From contig JAUVCJ010000010.1 in the NCBI GenBank assembly GCA_030595765.1, positions 1 through 23,203 of the forward strand: 23,203 bases of DNA, given 5' to 3'. The notes under the pieces were generated by a model that saw nothing but the letters and a program-made list of their open reading frames with translations, did not search any database and was not told where the DNA came from. The position numbers were made by a program, and so were the translations under genes. Below are positions 16,016-21,898 of the stretch, in pieces. The stretch is from Thermoplasmatota archaeon (lineage in GTDB: Archaea; Thermoplasmatota; Thermoplasmata; GCA-020350865; JAUVCJ01). Every line of letters starts with the position of its first letter. The first letter of the stretch is position 1.

Positions 16016-16497
16016 CAGATCCACCCCTTTTTATCCAGGTCGAAAATGATGGCTTGCACCCAGTAGGAGATCTCTCGTTTCATGTATAGGGCGATACCAC
16101 AGTGTTCGTTCCACCAGTAGTTGCTTTCCATGTGCATGTCGCAAAGCCTCAGGCCAAGAACCTCGTCTTCAAGCTTTCTGTCAGTGTATTTCATGAGCGC
16201 CGGGATGGATGCGGCCGGTGGGGTAAACGGATACGAATTTTTCAGGATCAGGGTAAACTCATAGTCCTGGCGTTTTGGAGGGCTAATGATGCCAGTCCAG
16301 CGTGTGGCGCTTTCATCAGTGGGTCTGATGGAGAACCATCTGCGGCTTCCATCGCCTTTCTCAAGGTAGTCCAGATATTCCATGAGCTTCAGGAGGGCAT
16401 ATTTTTCCTCCTTTACCCTCATGTCCCACCCCTTCTCCCCTGGAGATACCACTGTGGAGCATTGAAGGAAGTAGAAAAGGTCTTCTTCCTTTTTCAT
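16015..16497 (-). CDS. E2-like ubiquitin-conjugating-fold protein, UFC1-like (no HPN motif)
   Basis: 160 aa. RRWFSIRPTDESATRWTGII....DYEFTLILKNSYPFTPPAASIPAL........LRLCDMHMESNYWW..HCGIALYM parallels human UFC1 [20 protein letters not shown]....[26 protein letters not shown]....[27 protein letters not shown] (recalled). The putative catalytic residue is Cys119 (nt 16141-16143). Length and the N-terminal helical extension are also UFC1-like. Confidence 0.75.
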   Translation of the reverse strand: MKKEEDLFYFLQCSTVVSPGEKGWDMRVKEEKYALLKLMEYLDYLEKGDGSRRWFSIRPTDESATRWTGIISPPKRQDYEFTLILKNSYPFTPPAASIPALMKYTDRKLEDEVLGLRLCDMHMESNYWWNEHCGIALYMKREISYWVQAIIFDLDKKGWI

Positions 16498-16521
16498 AGA
16501 ACCAATAAATGACCTGGCTGG

Positions 16522-16529
16522 TTATTTAG
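16522..16529 (-). promoter_or_regulatory. Putative BRE/TATA box for the E2-E1-JAB operon
   Basis: The minus strand reads GGAAAACCTAAATAACC. The TATA is centred about 27-28 nt upstream of the E2 ATG at 16497 (leaderless geometry). Confidence 0.5.
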
Positions 16530-16540
16530 GTTTTCCCAGG

Positions 16541-16706
16541 TCTCCTTCCATTCCTCTCTATCTCTTTCCCTCTTCCCCTCTCCCTTCTTTCTCTCTCCTC
16601 CTTTTCCTCTCTCTTTTTCTTCTCCTTTTCTTTTTCCCTTTTCTTTTTTCCTGGCCTATGAATTTTCCTTTTCTCTTCTTTCTCCTTTTTTCTCTTTTTC
16701 TTTCCC
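16541..16706. repeat. Polypyrimidine (plus strand) / polypurine (minus strand) tract
   Basis: 158 of 166 positions are C or T. The run at 16561-16652 is 92 nt of C/T only, and 16663-16706 is a further 44 nt. The tract fills the divergent intergenic region between the E2 operon promoter and the rlmE promoter. Confidence 0.9.
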
Positions 16707-16754
16707 ACCCTGCGGTCTCCAGACATATCTTCAGGCAAACGGTTCGAACCCAAT

Positions 16755-16762
16755 CTTTATGA
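16755..16762 (+). promoter_or_regulatory. Putative TATA box for rlmE
   Basis: CTTTATGA is centred about 28 nt upstream of the GTG start at 16787. Confidence 0.4.
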
Positions 16763-16786
16763 ATCACGACAGTACATTGCATCCCT

Positions 16787-17473
16787 GTGTCTAAGCAATG
16801 GATGAGGCAGAACAGCAAGGATCCCTACTACAAGGCGGCCAAGAGGGATAACTACAGGTCTAGATCCTCCTTCAAGCTGATTCAGATCCACCAGAGGTTC
16901 GAGCTATTGCGTAAAGGCCAGGTGGTGGTGGACCTTGGCTCTGCACCTGGGGGGTGGCTCCAGGTAGCAAAGGAGTTCGTAGAAGAGGAGGGGCTGGTGA
17001 TCGGAGTTGATCTAGCTTCCATATTGCCTATAGACGGAGTTACGATAATTCGAGGGGACTTTACCACCCAGCGTGTTCGAGATCGAATCATGGAGACCCT
17101 GGCAGACAACGGCAAGAAAAAAGTGGACATAGTTCTCTCGGACCTAAGCCCGAACCTGACAGGCAAGTATGCAATGGATCAGGCCCGCTCGGTTGATCTG
17201 GCCGAGACTGCATTGAGGTTTGCACTGGATGTGCTTTCACCAAACGGAGCCTTTGCTGTAAAGGTGTTTCAGGGCGATATGTATCAGGATTATCTCAAGC
17301 TTTTCAGGAATTCTTTCGGATCAAGCAAACCATTTTCACCAAAGGCCTCCAGGTCTCACAGCTCAGAGATCTATCTGGTGGGCAAGAATCCGATACCGAT
17401 ATCGCGTAGAGTTGGAAAGATGTTCCAATCCGACCCTGAACAAAAGCTCTACTCCCCTGGCTATATCCATTGA
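16787..17473 (+). CDS. rlmE: 23S rRNA (uridine-2'-O)-methyltransferase RlmE (FtsJ/RrmJ family)
   Basis: KDPYYKAAKRDNYRSRSSFKLIQIHQRFELLRKGQVVVDLGSAPGGWLQVA carries the FtsJ signature and the SAM-binding loop, with VLSDLSPNLTG downstream. The GTG start at 16787 retains the conserved N-terminal W..Q..D.YY spacing. An alternative ATG lies at 16802. Confidence 0.9.
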   Translation: MSKQWMRQNSKDPYYKAAKRDNYRSRSSFKLIQIHQRFELLRKGQVVVDLGSAPGGWLQVAKEFVEEEGLVIGVDLASILPIDGVTIIRGDFTTQRVRDRIMETLADNGKKKVDIVLSDLSPNLTGKYAMDQARSVDLAETALRFALDVLSPNGAFAVKVFQGDMYQDYLKLFRNSFGSSKPFSPKASRSHSSEIYLVGKNPIPISRRVGKMFQSDPEQKLYSPGYIH

Positions 17474-17711
17474 TCAGCGTGTGGGGCGGCTCCACAATCA
17501 GGCTCTAATGCCCTAATGCCTTTATGGCGCGATCCAATAACCTAACATCAAATAACATCACATCACATCACATATGGAACAATCCAATAAAACACCATAT
17601 GGCGCACCCCAAAAAACCCGCGTTGGTGTTCTCCATCAATTATGGTCAATAGTTGCCCTGGCTCGATGCTTGACCCGATTTTAATACATTCACTGACCCC
17701 CCTGGCAAAGG

Positions 17712-17719
17712 GTTATACC
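17712..17719 (+). promoter_or_regulatory. Putative TATA box for hjc
   Basis: GTTATACC is centred about 27 nt upstream of the ATG at 17742. Confidence 0.4.
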
Positions 17720-17741
17720 TGACCAATTTCATGCACTCCTT

Positions 17742-18251
17742 ATGTCTGGAGGCGATTACGAACGGGAATTAAAAGGGATACTCCAGGCAGATGCCCAGGT
17801 TCTGCACAGGGTGACCAAGACTTGCACTGAGTATCAGGAATTACAGTATTTCAAGATCCAGAGAAAGCCCTTCATAGTCATACGGGCAGCTGGTTCATTT
17901 GGGGTGGACCTAGTCGCTCTTAGAGGGGATGTATCATTCCCAATAGAGGTAAAGTCCTCAGTGTCCAGAACCATACGTTTTAGCAGGAATGAGAGGGTAA
18001 AGGAGCAGGCCGAGAGGATGCAGGACGAGTGCGCCAGAGCCGGTCTGGTACCCATATATGCCTTCAGGCTGAAGAGGGTAAGAGGGGACACCTGGAGAAT
18101 GTTTGCACTTCCGCAGGAAAAGAACGTTCAAGGAAAGCTCAGGATAATCAATGACAGGATGCCCAAAGTTGATACGACCAAGGCTGGCAACTACGTTCTT
18201 AGATGGGATGATGGGATGACTCTGGCCGATTTTATCGACTATGTTTGTTAG
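17742..18251 (+). CDS. hjc: Archaeal Holliday junction resolvase Hjc-like nuclease (with an N-terminal insertion)
   Basis: YERELKGIL, then IRAAGSFGVDLVALRGD, then FPIEVKSS give the E...D...E-x-K nuclease motif order and spacing of Hjc. PIYAFRLKRV...WRMFAL resembles the C-terminal strands. At 169 aa it is longer than typical Hjc (about 135 aa) because of an insert after the first helix. Confidence 0.65.
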   Translation: MSGGDYERELKGILQADAQVLHRVTKTCTEYQELQYFKIQRKPFIVIRAAGSFGVDLVALRGDVSFPIEVKSSVSRTIRFSRNERVKEQAERMQDECARAGLVPIYAFRLKRVRGDTWRMFALPQEKNVQGKLRIINDRMPKVDTTKAGNYVLRWDDGMTLADFIDYVC

Positions 18252-18699
18252 TTAAAATAATATCTCATTAACACTCTCCCATTCAAGCCAATCCATTCAA
18301 GATTTCAGCCTTATACATAGCCTTATACAACGGCTTGTCCAGCATATCCGGCACTAGCTCCGAGTGGGACAAGTAGGATAAGTAATAATATATTCTAATG
18401 TCATACGGGATGGGCAATAATTAACAGTGTATGGGTAGAATAATTAAGATGAGGGCGAGTAGAATAATGAAACACCCAAGAGTGTGAAAAGTGTGAAAAG
18501 TAATAACTCGGAATGATTCGATAGAGGCAAGTAGGATTGTTCATACTTCTCCTACTCCGGCCTGGTTTGGGTCTGGTCTACTTGTTTAACCAGAATGTAG
18601 GTGTAAAAATGGTTCTCAGCACTCATAGGGTTCATCAAGTATCAGCCGACCACGTTTCATCATCGAACCGGTCAAGAATGTTGCATATTGCTTAAAAAG

Positions 18700-18707
18700 T
18701 TATATAT
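18700..18707 (+). promoter_or_regulatory. Putative BRE/TATA box (AAAAAG + TTATATAT)
   Basis: This is the strongest TATA-like element in the 18252-18878 intergenic region. The predicted TSS (about 18730) coincides with the first base of the 24-nt repeat array. That implies a leader of about 150 nt before the ATG at 18879. Confidence 0.45.
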
Positions 18708-18728
18708 CAAAGAACACATTTGTTAATC

Positions 18729-18872
18729 CAGTACAAGGTCATATTGCAGACCCGATATACGGCCACTTTGCAAACCCGGCACAAGGCCATCTTCCAGGCC
18801 TGACACGCGGTCAATTTGCAGACTAGGCAAAAAGCCATCTTGCAGACCCAGTACAATATCCTCTTGAGGGGA
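18729..18872. repeat. Degenerate tandem repeat, 6 x 24 nt, core GCCATCTTGCAGACC
   Basis: The units are CAGTACAAGGTCATATTGCAGACC, CGATATACGGCCACTTTGCAAACC, CGGCACAAGGCCATCTTCCAGGCC, TGACACGCGGTCAATTTGCAGACT, AGGCAAAAAGCCATCTTGCAGACC and CAGTACAATATCCTCTTGAGGGGA. They are contiguous and end 6 nt before the ATG at 18879. Confidence 0.8.
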
Positions 18873-18878
18873 AATACT

Positions 18879-21374
18879 ATGAATCTTCCTGGCGGAAAGA
18901 CAGCAATGACATCACTCGGTGGCAGAGAGTCCCTTGACAAGATACTTGCAGAATCCAGCAATCCTGGGTTTAGCGGGTATCTATTGACATCCATGGTATC
19001 AAAGGGCACTCCATGCACTGGATATCTGGTCATCAAGAAAGGAAAACCTGTCCTGGCAAGTTGGGAAGGGGATGTATTGCTCAAAAGAGAGCCAGCTGCC
19101 ACAAGACTACTAGCCGATGCACTAAAAGAGGATTCGGTTCTGGAGTTGCATAGTTTTTCATACGGCTCATCAACCATCAATGTGAGCTACCTAGTCAAGC
19201 AATACAAAGATTCAAAGCTGGCAGATCTGGATTTTGATGTAGAGCAGGAGCTGGCCAGAGCCGCTGAAGAACTGAGAAGCGAACTTGATACTGAGCGGAG
19301 CCAGAGAGATGCCCAGGCAAAAGCATTGCGAACCCAGACCGACATAGAATCGGCGCTTCATGAAAGTAGCTGGGATTCAGCAAAGAAGGAAGACCTGCTC
19401 AGGGAAAGGGAAGCTTCCATAGAGTCTCTACGCCAGGAGCTGGACTCGGTTCGCCATGGAAGCATGGCAATACTCAAGCATCTTACCAAAAAGCAGGAGG
19501 GAAGCCTTGGCCAGGATGATGTAGTTGCACTTGCAGAAAGAAAGGTCGAGGGCATTCGTCTAGCTCAGGAGCGAGAGCGCTTGCAACGACATGAGGAGAA
19601 GCTCCAGACACAGACATCCGAGCTTGAGCAGGAAAGGACCAAGCTCCGCAAGAAAGAGGAGTTTCTCAGGCAGAAAGGACTAGAGAACAAGCGCGAGGGA
19701 GCTGCTGTACAGAAGGAACGCAAGGACCTGGATAAGATCTGGAAAGAACTTGAGGATCAGACCAATGTAATATCAGGCCAGCGAGAGAGCCTTGAGGCCA
19801 GTGCAGCTCAACAGCTTGCAAGGGAACAGGCCATGCTCAGGAAGGAGGATGGACTCAGGGAGCTAAAGGATGATCTAGGCCGTGAAAGGGTCGAAATGAC
19901 CAAAGAGAGAAAGGAGCTATCTCAAAGGCAGGAAGAGGTGGCCAGGAGCAAGGAGGATTTGTCCTCCAGAATGGAAGCGCTTGAGGAATCCAGCCAGGAG
20001 CTGGCCCAGCTACAGAAGGAGCTGAAGGGTAAGAGCAGGGCCCTGGAAACAGAGTCAAAGGCTCTTGACAGGGTAAGGCGAGAGCTTGAAAAGGGAACCC
20101 AGGAGGCTGATGCGAGGGATAATGAGCTTACCGAACTAGAGGAAGCATTATCCAGGCAGGAAAAGAGCCTTAACCTCAAGAAGAGCAGGCTTGAGAAATC
20201 AGAACTAGCTCAGAAAAAGGCTGATAAGAAGAATGTTTCCCTCAAGAAATCCTTGGATCACCAGAAGAAGGCGCTAAAGGGATTGGAAAGTGACCTGGCT
20301 AAACGAGAGAAGAGCTTGGCAGAGAAAATAGAGATCAACACCCAGGCCGCAAAGGACCTGGCTGTACATGAGCGCGAGCTGGCAAAGATCACACGTGCAA
20401 ATAACAAGATGCTTATGGAAATAAAGGAAAAGGAAGGCCTGCTAGCTGAAACAGAAGGGAACCTTGATGAGCGGCATGGCGCTTTGAACCTGCTTGAGAG
20501 TGAGCTTGAAGAGCGTTCAGAGCAGCAGGATGGTAGAGCTGAGGAACTGGAACTGCTTAGCAGGGAAATGGATAAGCGCGAGTTGGAGCTAAGAACCAGT
20601 TCATCCGAGCTCCAAAAGGAAAAGAAGGAAGGCGAAAGGGAGCTTGCCCAAGCAAGGAAGAAGATGCAGAAGCTCCAAAAGGATGTATCTGCCGAGAGCC
20701 TGGCACTTGTTGTTGTTAGAGAGGAGCTCGAAGGACGGGAATCCCAGATCCAGGTGACCGAGTCTGACCTATCTGAGGAGCGTGCTACATTGGAGGAGCT
20801 TTCCACCAGCCTGATGCTCAAAGGCGAATCTCTGGAGCAGAGAGAAAAATCTCAAGCAGCCAGTCTGAAGGAGCTTGAGAAGGAAACAAAATCCACAAAA
20901 AAGGCTCTGGATTCCAGGGAAAATATGTTTGGCCAGCAGCAGACCGAGCTTGCAGGAGAACAGAAGGAACTTGCCCAGTCCATCAAGAATTTGGGCAAGG
21001 AAGCCAAGCTGGTAGAAAAAGATAAGGCCAGGATGGAAAAGGATTTCGAGAAGAGGGAGAGAGGGTTCAGTGTCAAGGAAATACAGCTTCTGGACAAGGA
21101 GCAGTCCCAAAAGGATGAAGCCACCAGAATTTCAGAGCTCATAGAGGCTCAGGAAGAGCGTGAGACCATTCTAAAGTCTGGCGAGAAGGAGTTAGCAGGC
21201 AGGGAGAATCAACTCAAGGACCAGGAAAAAGCGTTGGCTGCCAGGGAAAAGGCAATGAAGAAGAAGGAAAAAGAGGTTCTAGCCCTGAAAGAGAGCATGG
21301 AGGACCGAAAGCGGAGCTTTGATGATCGCAGGTCTGAGCTGGAAAAGATCCGTAAAGGACTTCAAGACCTCTGA
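18879..21374 (+). CDS. Large coiled-coil protein (~830 aa): a ~110-aa N-terminal globular domain followed by ~700 aa of E/K/R/L/Q-rich predicted coiled coil
   Basis: The track start at 18816 is a TTG inside the repeat array, and the first ATG is 18879 (MNLPGGKTAMTSLGG...). The N-terminal segment SGYLLTSMVSKGTPCTGYLVIKKGKPVLASWEG looks globular. The remainder is heptad-like charged sequence with no enzymatic motifs (no Walker A, so not SMC or Rad50). Confidence 0.75.
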   Translation: MNLPGGKTAMTSLGGRESLDKILAESSNPGFSGYLLTSMVSKGTPCTGYLVIKKGKPVLASWEGDVLLKREPAATRLLADALKEDSVLELHSFSYGSSTINVSYLVKQYKDSKLADLDFDVEQELARAAEELRSELDTERSQRDAQAKALRTQTDIESALHESSWDSAKKEDLLREREASIESLRQELDSVRHGSMAILKHLTKKQEGSLGQDDVVALAERKVEGIRLAQERERLQRHEEKLQTQTSELEQERTKLRKKEEFLRQKGLENKREGAAVQKERKDLDKIWKELEDQTNVISGQRESLEASAAQQLAREQAMLRKEDGLRELKDDLGRERVEMTKERKELSQRQEEVARSKEDLSSRMEALEESSQELAQLQKELKGKSRALETESKALDRVRRELEKGTQEADARDNELTELEEALSRQEKSLNLKKSRLEKSELAQKKADKKNVSLKKSLDHQKKALKGLESDLAKREKSLAEKIEINTQAAKDLAVHERELAKITRANNKMLMEIKEKEGLLAETEGNLDERHGALNLLESELEERSEQQDGRAEELELLSREMDKRELELRTSSSELQKEKKEGERELAQARKKMQKLQKDVSAESLALVVVREELEGRESQIQVTESDLSEERATLEELSTSLMLKGESLEQREKSQAASLKELEKETKSTKKALDSRENMFGQQQTELAGEQKELAQSIKNLGKEAKLVEKDKARMEKDFEKRERGFSVKEIQLLDKEQSQKDEATRISELIEAQEERETILKSGEKELAGRENQLKDQEKALAAREKAMKKKEKEVLALKESMEDRKRSFDDRRSELEKIRKGLQDL

Positions 21375-21440
21375 ATATGGCACCATTGAGCACAATTTCG
21401 AGCACAAGATCGCAAATTTATCCTTTCAGGTACATTCCGT

Positions 21441-21520
21441 CCAGTTCATCTCTACTCCAGTTCACTTTTACACAAGTTCATCGTTACGCAATCTAATCTT
21501 TACATCAGTTCATCACATCA
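21441..21520. repeat. Degenerate tandem repeat, 5 x 16 nt, core CAGTTCAT
   Basis: The units are CCAGTTCATCTCTACT, CCAGTTCACTTTTACA, CAAGTTCATCGTTACG, CAATCTAATCTTTACA and TCAGTTCATCACATCA. The array begins about 65 nt downstream of the coiled-coil gene stop. Confidence 0.7.
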
Positions 21521-21898
21521 ATAAACTGCAATAATACATCAACTAACTGCACTAACAGATTGTTTCAACAAAGAAACAATTCGTATGGTATAACTCATAA
21601 AACAAGCCTATTTATTGAAGCGAAAATCGTCTGACAACATTATGGGAATTCGTTGAACCCTTGAGGGTACCCTTAAGGGTCTTGAAGGGTCTAGGTTTTT
21701 CGAAATATTAGCCAGTGTGTTTGAATATGGTGTGATATGTATGAAAAAGCGGTCTGTCACACCGTTACGTATATGGTATCATTCATAAATGAACTGCGTA
21801 TGACAGCAGAAAAAAGCGCAAGCGCTGGCTTCTTCACACTAGATATATTAGATTATCAATCGAAAGATTAATGACCAACTGCGCCAGTATGGTAATGG

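Noticed and set aside
16741-16750. GGTTCGAACC, which resembles a tRNA T-arm/T-loop
   Set aside because: The flanking sequence cannot form a 5-bp T-stem, an acceptor stem or an anticodon arm. It is just a 10-bp palindrome near the rlmE promoter.
16526-16818. Two overlapping minus-strand ORFs (75 aa and 86 aa) encoding K/E/R/G-rich peptides upstream of the E2 gene. I briefly considered them as a charged partner protein or a Ubl.
   Set aside because: They are a direct consequence of the polypurine tract, in which every frame lacks stops. They have no hydrophobic core compatible with a beta-grasp or any other fold. One overlaps the rlmE start. They also lie upstream of the operon's TATA box.
17555-17573. 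(ACATC)n microsatellite, plus duplicated TATGGCGC and ATCCAATAA words in the rlmE-hjc intergenic region
   Set aside because: These are very short, low-complexity matches. I could not build any secondary structure or consistent periodicity from them.
18707-19180. 157-aa minus-strand ORF with CK/VC 8-aa repeats
   Set aside because: It is antisense to the N-terminal domain of the coiled-coil protein and to the 24-nt repeat array. Its repeat pattern simply mirrors the DNA repeat.
20258-21142. Serine- and leucine-rich minus-strand ORFs (187, 113 and 96 aa) inside the coiled-coil gene
   Set aside because: They are antisense shadows of GAG/AAG/CTG-rich coiled-coil coding sequence. They have no start context or domain signal.
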